From: Mayamaea pseudoterrestris
Lineage: Eukaryota
Length of the DNA: 64,000 bases
NCBI GenBank assembly: GCA_027923505.1
Contig: BROI01000005.1
Coordinates: 682,001 to 746,000 of the forward strand
Direction: 5' to 3'
Shown: positions 1-11,363 of the stretch, one piece after another
How positions within the stretch are numbered: the first letter of the stretch is position 1
Layout of the letters: each line of letters starts with the position of its first letter
Program-made: the position numbers and the translations under genes
Notes under the pieces: generated by a model
What the model saw: the letters and a program-made list of their open reading frames with translations, nothing else
Told to the model about the DNA's origin: nothing
The model's database searches: none

Positions 1-222
1 TGCCACGCAGTCGGGTCAGACCCCGGTCCCTCGGTGCAATCGCATCGTTGCATCTAGAACCGCTGCGACGTAATACTCCAGCGAAGACGGCAACCACCAT
101 CACTTTCGAGCAGCTGGCAGCAGTCACAATTGCAACGGGATTACTACTTGGACGACAAGCTATATCGTTTGATACATACACTAATACTACCTCTACTACT
201 TATCATCAACTAGAAGACAATC

Positions 223-3200
223 ATGGGTGTTCCAAAGGTGAGTGGAATTGCAGTCGCGATGGCTGATGACAAATCCATGACTGTCACTTTGCTCAATCCA
301 ACGGATCTCTCTCTCCTACTTAATTCTCTTGCATTCCAGTTTTACCGCTGGATCTCGGAGCGCTACCCCAAAATTAATCAGCTCATTAGCGACAATGCCT
401 TATTGCCCGAGATTGATCACTTGTACTTGGATTTGAACGGCATTATCCACGGCTGCACGCACCCCTCCGACCGCGATGTTTCCGACATTTTATCGGAACG
501 CGAAATGATGCTTGGCATTATGAACTACCTTGATCGTCTCGTCACGCAGATTGCCAAACCAAAAGTATCCGTCTACATGGCGATTGACGGAGTGGCGCCA
601 CGCGCCAAGCTCAACCAGCAGCGGTCCCGACGCTTTCGCAGTGCCAAGGACATGGCCGAAGCCACCAAGGACTTGCCCAAGGATGCCAAGGGCAATGTTG
701 CGCAAGTCTTTGATTCAAACTGCATTACGCCTGGAACTGAGTTTCTCGACAAGGTTTCCAAAGTCATTCAATACTTTATTCGCAAAAAGATCAAGGAGGA
801 TGTATTGTGGCGCAACTTGACTGTCATTTTTTCCGGTCACGACGTTCCAGGCGAGGGCGAGCACAAGATTATGCAGCACATTCGCGAAATGCGCTCGCAG
901 CCGAGCTACCAGCCGAATACGCGCCACTGCATCTACGGACAGGATGCCGACTTGATCATGCTGGGGTTGGTGACGCATGAACCGCATTTTGTCATTTTGC
1001 GTGAAGTGGTTGACTTTAACAGTTTTGCAAGACAAACGAACACGTTAAAGGCGGTCAAGAAGTTTACCAAGCAGAGTGACTTTCAGTTACTGCACTTGTC
1101 AGTCTTGCGCGAGTATTTGGAAATGGAGTTTTGCTACAAGCAGCCGGAATATGATTTGGAGCGCTGCATTGACGATTTTGTATTCATGACGTTTTTGGTG
1201 GGAAACGACTTTTTGCCGCACATGCCGACGCTTGACATTGGAGATGGAGCGTTTGACTTGCTCTTTGATTTGTATCGCGAGCAGCGGCAAACGTGGAATG
1301 GAGAGTACTTGACGTCGTCGGGCAAGATTAGTGATGCGGTTCGGTTGGAAAACTTTTTGGCGGCGATTGGAGAAGCCGAGTCTGACATTCTGGCGGACCG
1401 TGAGGATAAGGATGCTGCAATGCGAAAGAAACGACGTCGCTTTGACAAGCGCTCGGGAACGCCCAGTGAAGCGGAGCTCAAGCATCAAGAGATGAGCAAG
1501 CAGACTGATTTCATGACTATGATTGACGATATGATGGCCAGGGCAGACTTGTGCGATGACGACTTTGTGTCCGGCTGGATGCCATCAGAAGAGGGCGACG
1601 GAAAGGATTTCAAGGGACGCTATTACTACGAGAAGCTTAAGCTTACTCCTTTGGACAAGGATGCGCATTGGCATCTTCGCAAGTCGTACATGGAAGGTCT
1701 CATTTGGTGTCTGGCGTATTATTACGAAGGCTGTATTTCGTGGGGTTGGTTTTATCCGTACCACTACGGACCCATGTTGAGCGATCTTCATGGCTTGCCA
1801 AAGATGTTTAGCGAAATATCATTCGATCAGGGAGCACCTTTAACTCCGTTCATGCAGCTCATGGGTTGCTTGCCACCGGCGTCAGGCATTCTTGTTCCGC
1901 CTCTTTATCGCGGATTAATGATTTCGCCCGACTCGCCAATCATTTCGTTTTATCCTACTGACTTTGAAGTGGATATGAACGGCAAAAAGTAAGTTTATGT
2001 TTGCAGAGGATGCTTGATGTTGTATCAAGGAATGTTTACTTACTTTTTATCTTTGCTCACGCAACAGTAACCCTTGGGAGGGAGTGAATCTTTTGCCATT
2101 CATTGATATTCAGCTGCTGAAGGACACGATTGCTGCCTTCTGCCCGGATGACAAGCTTTCTCCAGACGAACGGCGTCGTAATGCGCTCGGAAGTGTTTTT
2201 TGTTATAGATATGACACTTCTTGCAACGAAACTATTCCTGCACCCATTTCCAACATTGGTATCTCTGACATTGTTGGATGTTTGTCGTCTGCAGAAATTA
2301 TCAACAATCCGCTTTCGCGAGGCGTGCCGTTCAAGCCAGAGTTGCTCAGTGGAACGATTCTCCCTTATCCTGGTTTTCCGACGTTGAATGTTCTGCCCAT
2401 TGCATCAGTTGATCTCGTCCGTGTCGGTTTGAATTGTTTTGGATTCGCATCCAAGTATCCGAACATGATTCTTACGCTTCATCAGTTGCCTGAGTTGCCA
2501 CCGCTGGAGGTTTTGGCTCAGAGTGTAATCGGGAGGTCGGTCTTTACAAATTGGCCAATGATGCATGAGAGCCGCGTAGTTGCTTTGACTAACGAGGAAA
2601 AGGAAATAAGACTCGTCAAGGGGCAGCACAAGGTCAGAAAATTTAATGATCAAGAAGTGGATCGTTGGTTGGCAGAGTCAGAAGCTATGGTGCAAACGTA
2701 TCATCTCGGCAATGGCACGCCTGGATCTGGCGGGTTGGTGATGGGCGACGTTAAAGTTCGGATCAAAGTGCTTCCATTGCAGGGAATGAAGACGAACGCG
2801 ACGAATGGGTCCACCAAGAAAATGTTTGGACGACAAGAAGCGGATATTCCTTTGCAGCTTGCTTTGCTACATGCCCCAGCTCCCGATCCTCGTTTTATCG
2901 AGCGCGGACCAATGAGTCTGGCCGAGCGCTTTCCAGCTGAGAGCAGCGTAGTTTTGACTAGAGGAAAATATCGTGGATGCACAGGGGTTGTTGCGGGTGT
3001 CGCTGATGATCGCAATGTGGGTGTTAAAGTGCAGATCCTTCCCGCTGAGTCACCTTTTGGACTTGCCATCGCTCGCTCCGTGCAGGAGTCGTACATTTCG
3101 AGTGCAGACGCCGCGAAGACTCTTAGAATCGACGGTCGTGTTTTCGGCAAGATTACGGGTCGTCTGCAATTTGAGCAGGACAAATATGACTTGGGATTGA

Positions 3201-4975
3201 ATTTGAAAGGAAGTAACGGAACATGCGTTGTCGGCTACACGCGGAAGAAAGTTCTACCATCGAACGGTGACAAAAAGCTGAACAAGTGGCGTGAAGGCGA
3301 TTCATTAATCGTCATCGGTAGCTCCGGCCCAGACACAGACGATGGCTCGGATGAGCGCATCATTTGGGAGTATACTCCAAAGGCTATCCGCCTCATCGAG
3401 TCCTATCGACAGGCATTTCCGCAGCTGTTTGCTGCTTTAAAGAAGATACCGGACGAGAAGAAATATGACGCAACAAAAGTTTTCGGACCGAATGGTCAAG
3501 CATTTTTGCCCGCGATCCGGACCTGGCTAGACAACCACGAAACAGCCAAAATTCCTCGTACTCCTGTTTCTACCGAGTCGATGTCGTACGATGCTATTGC
3601 TGCTGTTCAGAAAGCAGCAGATGTTCGGTCGCTAGCTCTGTGGAAAGCTGGCTATCCTAAAGAGTCACTGATAAAAATTCCTGGGAATGCACTTTATTGT
3701 GAAGGCTCAACCGGTGCCACTGATGTGCTTCTTGCCAGCGATCTCAACAATAATGACGCCCCTAGACTTGGCGACCGTATTGTTAATCTTTGCGCCGATG
3801 GTGTTCCTTTCGGAGCTCGAGGCACGGTTGTTGCGATACACGAGGCGGCGACGACGGGGAGTGTGGAGGTAGTCATGGATGATGAATTTGTCGGTGGTAA
3901 CACTCTGCAGGGTGCTTGCTCAAACTTTCGCGGCAGACTTTGTCGCTGGGCTCATCTTTTGAAAGTTGAGCCTGATCACGCTGATAGATTGGTAGACAAG
4001 CTTGTGCCGAAAGGATCGGGACAAGCAGCCGTTAAGAAGATATTATCTAGTATGGAAAGCGAGATTGATCAACCGAAAGCGGTGTCCGCTCGTCCGAATA
4101 CAGTTGCTAAAACTGCAGTTCCCAAGGTAAATGCAAAGGCGGTCGTTCCGGACAAGTCCATGCCAGCTGCCGCTCCAACGCCAGTGTTTTCTGGGCCGGA
4201 TCGAGCCCAGTCTACCGGTCGTGGTAAACAGGGCGCTTGGAAGGAGGCTCGTGGTCCTCCGAAGGCAGGAGCAGGTTTTAAGGGCAAGCGCGGCGGCGGC
4301 GGGGCGACTGGCATTGCTCGATGGACTTCGCTGATGCAGTCGCGCAAGGTCGACGCTCAGCTAAAGTCTGTCCTTGGAGTTGGTTCAGACCCGAAACACA
4401 CACAATTATCATCGGATACCAACGACGCAAGTGCGGCGTTGAAGGCTGTCTTGGGCGTATCTACCAGCAACCAAGCACATGGTCCAGCACCAGCGGCGTC
4501 CAATACACCTACTGCGGCAGAGAAGCTTCTCCAGTTGATGGCGAACAAACAACAAGCGGGGCACGGGTTGGGTCACATCAATCCAATGCCGGCCAGAGGC
4601 ATGAGCAGCGCTTTTAACTTCACATATGTTGCCGAAGGCGAAGAAGCAAAGTCAAGTTATCATCCTGTACCAATGCATCCGGGTTATCCACCGATGCATG
4701 GATACCCCATGGCGATGCCACCGATGCAAATGCAGCAGCCATACGGCATGCCCCCATCATTCCTTCATCCGGGCCAAATGCCGCCATTTAACGCTCCTTT
4801 CGGAGCTCCAGTCGCTAGCGGTTTGTCGACCGAACAGTTTCCTCCTCTAGGCACACAGCACGAGACAGCAACACCGATTATAGCAACTTCCATGGGATCT
4901 GAAAGTAAGACGGCTGCTGGCTCACAAGCAATGCCGTTTAACATGATACCGTCGGTCATGACTGGAAAACCGTAA
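223..4975 (+). CDS. XRN1: 5'-3' exoribonuclease 1; exons 223-237, 340-1988, 2068-4975
   Basis: Splicing out 238-339 (GTGAGT..CAG) gives the canonical MGVPKFYRWISERYP start. XRN catalytic motifs LYLDLNGIIH, AIDGVAPRAK, FDSNCITPGT, PGEGEHKI, YGQDADLIML and GNDFLP are present. Intron 1989-2067 joins to NPWEGVNLLPFID. A long C-terminal region (LGDRIV..VPFGARGTVV) favours XRN1 over XRN2. Confidence 0.95.
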
Positions 4976-5080
4976 CTGGACGACATTCATTGCGGATAAT
5001 TAGACGTGTTTTGGCTACTGTATAATGTGAACATCGCTATTCCTATTACACCAGCTACGTATATCCAATTATCACTATTT

Positions 5081-6913
5081 CTACATTCTAAAGACTCCAT
5101 ATTTAGTAGTGTTGGGAGGATTGCAACCAGTCCGGCGAGCGATTGCAAGGGCACGACCTAAAACATTGCGCGTGTCTGCTGGATCAATAATGCCATCGTC
5201 CCACAAGTGGGAAGTAGAGTAGTAAGCTGACGACTCTACCTCGTACTTGTCCAAGATTGGCTTCTTAAACGCATCTTCGTCCTCACGAGACCATTCTTTG
5301 CCGCGCCCTTCAATATTGTCACGTTGGACCGTAGCAAGAACGTTTGCCGCTTGCTCTCCACCCATGACGGAGATGCGCGCGTTGGGCCACATGAAGAGAA
5401 AGCGAGGATCAAAGGCGCGACCACACATGCCATAGTTGCCCGCGCCATAGGAACCTCCTACGATCAGTGTAATCTTGGGAACGGCAGCAGTGGACACAGC
5501 CGTCACCAGCTTGGCGCCATGTTTGGCAATACCCTCGTGCTCATACTTGGACCCGACCATGAATCCTGTAATGTTTTGAATAAATAAAATCGGAACCCCC
5601 CGTTGACAGCAGAGTTGCACAAAGTGTGCTCCCTTCAAAGCACTCTCCGAAAACAAAATGCCATTATTTGCAATGACACCAACATCTTGCCCCATAATCT
5701 TGCCAAAACCAGTCACTAGAGTCGTTCCATAATTCTTTTTGAACTCGTGAAAGCGAGATCCGTCCAAGACGCGAGCCAGCACGTGTCGAACATCCACTGG
5801 TTTCTTGGCATCCAGCGGAAAGACGCCTCCAAGTTCCTCCGGACTATACATTGGTTCCTCGTATGTTTCAGTCGCATCCATTCCATCAAACTCCGGTCGT
5901 CCCAAGCTCGCCACCACATTTCGCGTCGTGCTCAACGCTTCCAGTTCGCTATTCGCTATATGATCCGCAACTCCACTGACAGTGGCATGCACGACGGCTC
6001 CGCCCAAGTCTTCGGCCGAAACCACTTCACCCGTCGCCGCCTTGACCAGTGGCGGTCCACCCAGAAAAATGGTGCCATTGCCACGCACAATAATGGTTTC
6101 GTCACTCATGCTTGGCACGTAGGCTCCACCCGCCGTGCAGGATCCACAAACGACGGCAATCTGCGCAATGTTTTTCGCACTCATGTTGGCCTGATTGTAA
6201 AAAATGCGTCCAAAGTGATGAGCGTCGGGAAACACGCGCGCCTGCAGTGGCAAGTAGGCGCCGCCCGAGTCGACCAAGTAAATGCACGTTATATTGTTTT
6301 GCAAGGCAATCTCCTGCGCGCGCAAATGCTTTTTCACGGTAATGGGAAAGTACGTGCCACCCTTGACCGTGGCATCATTGGCAATCATCATGCATGGTTG
6401 GCCGGCAACAATGCCAATGCACGTGATTAAACCTCCCGACGGAACCATGTCGTCAATACTGTCGCTCCACCCCGCCAGTGCGCTCAGCTCCAAGACGGGC
6501 GTGCCAATGTCCACGAGGCGATGAATGCGGTCGCGCGCCAGGAGCTTGTGGCGCGCCAAGTGTCGTTCCACGGCCATCGAACCTCCTCCTTGTCGCACAA
6601 TCTCCAGTCGACGGTGCAACTCGTCGACTTGGTCCTTGGTGCGTTGCAGTGACGCTTGATAGTCGGGAGAGCTAGTGTCGAGCGAGTATGAGTCAAGTTG
6701 TGGAAGTAAATGAGGCGTGTAGCTTTGATGAATGTTTGAGCCGTGTTGTTCATGAGGAGGAGAATATTGGGAAAAGCACCGACCATGATGCTGCAGCAAT
6801 ATCACTGATTTAGACAAGCTAGTTTTGTTAACTTGGAGTCGACTTGGGTCAACGTGACGACTTGCTGCGCGCCGAGCAAATGAAGCGGAAAGAAAAAGGC
6901 GACGTTGCATCAT
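5081..6913 (-). CDS. MCCC2: Methylcrotonyl-CoA carboxylase beta subunit (carboxyltransferase), mitochondrial
   Basis: Motifs [60 protein letters not shown] and C-terminal YGVFRM; Arg/Ser-rich N-terminus from the ATG at 6913. Confidence 0.93.
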   Translation of the reverse strand: MMQRRLFLSASFARRAASRHVDPSRLQVNKTSLSKSVILLQHHGRCFSQYSPPHEQHGSNIHQSYTPHLLPQLDSYSLDTSSPDYQASLQRTKDQVDELHRRLEIVRQGGGSMAVERHLARHKLLARDRIHRLVDIGTPVLELSALAGWSDSIDDMVPSGGLITCIGIVAGQPCMMIANDATVKGGTYFPITVKKHLRAQEIALQNNITCIYLVDSGGAYLPLQARVFPDAHHFGRIFYNQANMSAKNIAQIAVVCGSCTAGGAYVPSMSDETIIVRGNGTIFLGGPPLVKAATGEVVSAEDLGGAVVHATVSGVADHIANSELEALSTTRNVVASLGRPEFDGMDATETYEEPMYSPEELGGVFPLDAKKPVDVRHVLARVLDGSRFHEFKKNYGTTLVTGFGKIMGQDVGVIANNGILFSESALKGAHFVQLCCQRGVPILFIQNITGFMVGSKYEHEGIAKHGAKLVTAVSTAAVPKITLIVGGSYGAGNYGMCGRAFDPRFLFMWPNARISVMGGEQAANVLATVQRDNIEGRGKEWSREDEDAFKKPILDKYEVESSAYYSTSHLWDDGIIDPADTRNVLGRALAIARRTGCNPPNTTKYGVFRM

Positions 6914-7269
6914 GTTGTTGGAACGAGTGTTGCTCGCACGAAACTGGCGAGAACAAGTAAAGCAAAACAGCCTTGACAATCCAGACTTTCGTGCTAGTGC
7001 TGATGTATGAAAAACTTGATAGAATCAGTTTAATCGCTTACTTGTCGAAGAATGAAAGTGTCAAGACCTTGTTCTGTTTGGACCGAAATCCTTTGATCGC
7101 GACATCATTCTTCCGCAATATATATCGCACCGGTTATGCATTGGGCGATCGTGACGCGCAAATAGAACCGCTACGACAGCCTACGAAAGCCAACCATCGT
7201 CTCCGTGCCCTTTCTTCCGTCGACACAAGATCAAGTTAAACAGCTCTTCCCATCAGCAGCTATATAACA

Positions 7270-7989
7270 ATGTCAGGCCATTTACTAGCATCCAAGCGTC
7301 GCCGCAAGGAGCTCGGCAGTCTCATTCACGAACCATCATCCGCTCCCGTCTCAGAAACGGCGCATAAGCTCATGGCCAACATGGGATGGAAACCAAACAC
7401 GGGGCTTGGCAAGCGTCGCGACGGAATAGTCAGTCACATTGTGGCGGTCAAGCGAGCGGATCAAGCGGCGGGACTTGGAACGAACAATACGAGTTTGACG
7501 GCCGAGCAGTTGCAGCATGGAGGAGCCGAGTGGTGGAAGGATGCCGTTGGAAATACATTGGCGAAACTTGGTAAAAAGTCGTCTTCCAGTAGTAAGAGCA
7601 GCAGCAAGAAGGACAAGAAAACGTCTGAGAAGAAGATGAAGGAGAAGCGCACGGCAGTGGAAAGCAAGCTTCACTACACGGACCAGGAGCTTTTCGAAGC
7701 GACGGGTGGCAAGCGGTTTGGCATGCGAGCGGCTCCGTCAAGCAATTTGCACAAGTGGAAGCGGACGAATGATGAAATACATGCAACGAATGCTACGGCT
7801 GGATTAGTTGAAGATACGAACGAAGCAACGATTGCTTTAGAGACAAGATCTATTACTGCGTTAACCGAACAAATTGAAGCAGCTGACTTAGAGACCACGA
7901 CGGGAAAGGACGACAAGAAGAAGGAAAAGAAAGCGAAAAAGGATAAAAAGCCAACTAAAGACAAGGAAAAGAAGCGAAAGAGGGAGTAG
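7270..7989 (+). CDS. G-patch domain protein (GPATCH4/PinX1-like) with Lys-rich tail
   Basis: G-patch AHKLMANMGWKPNTGLGKRRDG; motif TDQELFEATGGKRFGMRA; KKE/KKD-rich tail typical of nucleolar proteins. Confidence 0.8.
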   Translation: MSGHLLASKRRRKELGSLIHEPSSAPVSETAHKLMANMGWKPNTGLGKRRDGIVSHIVAVKRADQAAGLGTNNTSLTAEQLQHGGAEWWKDAVGNTLAKLGKKSSSSSKSSSKKDKKTSEKKMKEKRTAVESKLHYTDQELFEATGGKRFGMRAAPSSNLHKWKRTNDEIHATNATAGLVEDTNEATIALETRSITALTEQIEAADLETTTGKDDKKKEKKAKKDKKPTKDKEKKRKRE

Positions 7990-8608
7990 ATGCAATACTA
8001 GCTGCGCTGATACTTTGGACAGGCTTTACCGTAGTCGGCTGAGTTGATGCCCCCTATAAGAGAAACGGTGGCTGACTACTCGACGGGACCAACTACCGTT
8101 AGCTTGGTGAACTTGTTAAAAAAGCTCTGCAACCATTGCTGGTCTCACACTCAAGCCATACCGAAATACATGCTTAAGCTATTTGCTCTCCTGGCGGTTT
8201 GTGACAAAGAATTTGTTGGTCAACGATTGACTGCTGGCGCCGCCGCTTCATACAAGCTATTGTGGCGACAATAAATATAGTTTTTCTTGCTCACAGTTAC
8301 TTCATGCTATATAGACTTGATGACCTATTTGATTTGTCCTGAAGAATTTTTCTTTACTGTAAATGATTGTCGTAGCGGTTCTACTTTGGCGATCAGCGTG
8401 ACGCGATCCATCTTTCTTCCATCCACCATGGAACGAGAGGTCTTCGCTGCCATAAAAACTTGAAGTCACCTGTTTATGGCAAGCAGTCGATCTTAATTTT
8501 TACTTTCTTTCTATCGACCTGATTAATGCTTGTAAGAGGAGCAAGACTGACCTTTGAAAAAGGAACCAAGCAACCTGTGTCGACATTCGGCATTCACTGT
8601 CAACGAAC

Positions 8609-10642
8609 ATGTCACGCTCAAGCAATTGCTCAACTAGCAAACAATCAACTCCAGCACCATCATTCAAGCTGCGCACGTTGAAAGGTCCAATTCGTCGAAC
8701 CAACGATGAGATTCATTCCAGCATTGAACTTGATCCAGTCACTGGCGCGCTACTCGACACTCCATTCATGCAGCGACTCCGCGGATTGAAGCAACTTGGA
8801 ACAGCCGACTTTGTCTACATTAATGTCAATCATAACCGATTGGAACATTCCTTGGGTGTTGCGCACTTGGCTGAAAGACTCTGTCGCGTCATTCAAAATA
8901 AGCAGCCGCAGTTGGGCTGCACCTGCAAAGATGTGCTATGCGTCAAGCTGGCTGGATTGTTTCATGACGTTGGACACGGTCCGTACTCTCATACGTTTGA
9001 GGAGTTTGTCAAGGTGCATCTGCCCGAATATCTGGACAAGAATCCAGAGTTGAAGGCTTGCTATGATGATGTCGACATGACGGCATCCGACAGCGACGAT
9101 TTCATGGCTGAAATGAGAGGCTGGAGGCACGAGCAGGCCTCTCTCATGATGCTGGACGCGGCTCTAGAGTTCTTAGGACTTTGTATTGACTTGAAACATC
9201 TTGACGAGCCGCTGAAGCAGATTGGAGACGGCATTGATCGATTGTCCATGAAAGTTTACAATGGCAACGGACATAATAATGGCAAGTCTGCCGCTACAAA
9301 TGGGAACAAATTGACCCACATTAATGACGATAGTGAATCGATCTTGACCAGTCGCGACTTTGTTTTTATCAAGGAAGCTATTCACGGAGGTCCCATCCCC
9401 GAGATTTGCGAGATTGTCGGGAGGCAATGCTTTATCGGTCGACCGGCCGACAAGGAATGGCTCTACGACATTGTCTGCAACCGACACAGCGGGTTGGATG
9501 TCGATAAGATTGACTACTTTGCCCGCGATGAGCGCCGAGCCTTTCGGGAAGCTGGAGAAATTGACAAGGTCATGATCGAGGATGCCTTTGTTACTTGGGG
9601 CAAATGTACCAACTCGGATGGCTGTGAGCAGTGTGATCGTCGTCCGAGTCCACACATGGGCGAGCATCTCATGATTTGCTATCCAGAAAAGATGGTTGTG
9701 GCCACCATGGACTTTTTTACCAAAAGATTCAAACTGCACTCAAAACTGTACCAGCATAAGACGCATTGCGGTGTGGCGCGAATGATTTGTGACATTTTGT
9801 GTCTTGCAGATCCACACTTTCGCATTGCTGTGCCAAGTCAAGATAACTTGGTACCGGAGATGGTACCTATCAGTCGAGCCATGTTAAATGCTCGCAGTTA
9901 CAGGGGACTTCACGATTCAGTAATTGATCAGATTGCCAATACCACAATGGTGGAGCTAGAGCCGGCCAGACGCTTGATTGATCGCTTGAGTTGTCGTAAT
10001 TTATACAAGTGCATTGGCGAAATCAAGTGTGTTGGTGAATACAAGTCACAGATTCTTGACAGGACAAACGAATGTTATCTTTGGTCTATTCCGGAGGAAG
10101 AAATCGTTCATGGAATGCTCGCGTTGCGTGGGTTAAACCACGACCGAAAGCAACTGAATGAAGGCGACTTGTTCGTCCACAAGATTTCGATCCACTGCGG
10201 CCAAAAGGATCATAATCCAGTGTCAAAGGTTAGGTTTTTGGACCGGCGCAGCATTTCAAAGCTACAAAACCCGATTGTCGATCTTCCGACGGCGGTGGAA
10301 GTACCAGAGTCCACGTACTTTGCATCTATTCCTCGCTCCTTTATTTCTAATATTATTCGCGTTTACTGTCGAGATTTAAACAAGGCAGACCTAGCTGGGC
10401 ATGTATATGAGCAATGGCTGGAGAACAAGAAGGAAGAATTTGCAAAAGAGAAGGAATACCAGGCATGGCGTAAGGACCGAAAACATAAGGAAAGTGGGAG
10501 TCTATACGACGATGAAACTGGTGTGCCGATGTGCGTTACGCAGCCTGAAAACGAAGATGACGATTTGGATCAAGCAAACACCCCACCGGATGCCGCGACG
10601 GTCACTCCGATCAAAAGGCGTCGATGTGGTGAAGCTGAATGA
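8609..10642 (+). CDS. SAMHD1-like HD-domain dNTP triphosphohydrolase (no SAM domain)
   Basis: QRLRGLKQLG, HNRLEHSLGV, AGLFHDVGHGPYSHTFE, HEQAS, GLDVDKIDYFARD and LYQHK match the SAMHD1 catalytic core. Confidence 0.88.
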   Translation: MSRSSNCSTSKQSTPAPSFKLRTLKGPIRRTNDEIHSSIELDPVTGALLDTPFMQRLRGLKQLGTADFVYINVNHNRLEHSLGVAHLAERLCRVIQNKQPQLGCTCKDVLCVKLAGLFHDVGHGPYSHTFEEFVKVHLPEYLDKNPELKACYDDVDMTASDSDDFMAEMRGWRHEQASLMMLDAALEFLGLCIDLKHLDEPLKQIGDGIDRLSMKVYNGNGHNNGKSAATNGNKLTHINDDSESILTSRDFVFIKEAIHGGPIPEICEIVGRQCFIGRPADKEWLYDIVCNRHSGLDVDKIDYFARDERRAFREAGEIDKVMIEDAFVTWGKCTNSDGCEQCDRRPSPHMGEHLMICYPEKMVVATMDFFTKRFKLHSKLYQHKTHCGVARMICDILCLADPHFRIAVPSQDNLVPEMVPISRAMLNARSYRGLHDSVIDQIANTTMVELEPARRLIDRLSCRNLYKCIGEIKCVGEYKSQILDRTNECYLWSIPEEEIVHGMLALRGLNHDRKQLNEGDLFVHKISIHCGQKDHNPVSKVRFLDRRSISKLQNPIVDLPTAVEVPESTYFASIPRSFISNIIRVYCRDLNKADLAGHVYEQWLENKKEEFAKEKEYQAWRKDRKHKESGSLYDDETGVPMCVTQPENEDDDLDQANTPPDAATVTPIKRRRCGEAE

Positions 10643-11363
10643 TGACCTGATATTACTCTTTCGAGCTCATTTTATCGAAAAGATACTCTCGCTAAAGTCT
10701 TGTTAACAAGTTAACAACCATCTATAAGTTCTTTTTACTTAGCATTGTAGAATTGGGTGACAGGTCGGTGATGTGATGGTTGGGTGACAAGAGCAAACAC
10801 GGCCTTGTTGTTGCCTCATCGTAATAAGCGACTATGGACACGACAAGCTCTACCTTGAAATTCACCAGTACATCTGCTTTTTACAACCTGCGTCGTCTAC
10901 TTACTCCAATCACACCGGACTACCGAAAAAATCACCTCGCGCCTCAATCTCAACCCGATTAAAACTTTGTCATAGTAGAAGGTTTTCGACTCTAAACCAA
11001 GGTATGCTTTTCAAGCAAACGGATTTGGGAAGACTGCGAGAAACGCGTAAATATTTTAACAACTCTCGCAGGCTGTTGATGTGCTTCAACAAGCATCGTT
11101 CCTTGTTATCTAGGTGTTGCTGAAGATATCGCGGCGCAGTACAAGTCCAATGGGAGCCTATGCGGGACCAGGATAGTCTACGAGTGATGGGAGCATTGGC
11201 AAAAGAAAAAAAGAAGAACATGCATAACCAGTGTGACGCGGCGCGACATTCCTTGGATGGAGGCCCCTTTCTTAAGGTTTGGGTTTGAACCAATGACGGG
11301 CGCGCCCCGGCTCACCTCGATCAGCCATCACAAAAAAAGCACTCGCAGCATTCGATTATCACC

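Noticed and set aside
5747..6430. Long antisense ORFs over MCCC2 (also over NAPRT, BiP, the Pta-like gene and the EF-hand gene)
   Set aside because: Shadows of codon bias on the opposite strand with no protein motifs.
10970..11293. 107-aa minus-strand ORF in the intergenic region
   Set aside because: Non-ATG start, no motifs, and composition typical of intergenic DNA.
11265..11335. tRNA-like T-arm on the minus strand (TTGG-TTCAAAC-CCAA) with an A-box-like sequence upstream
   Set aside because: No pairing acceptor stem and no 7-nt anticodon loop; it lies in the promoter region of the 11364 gene.
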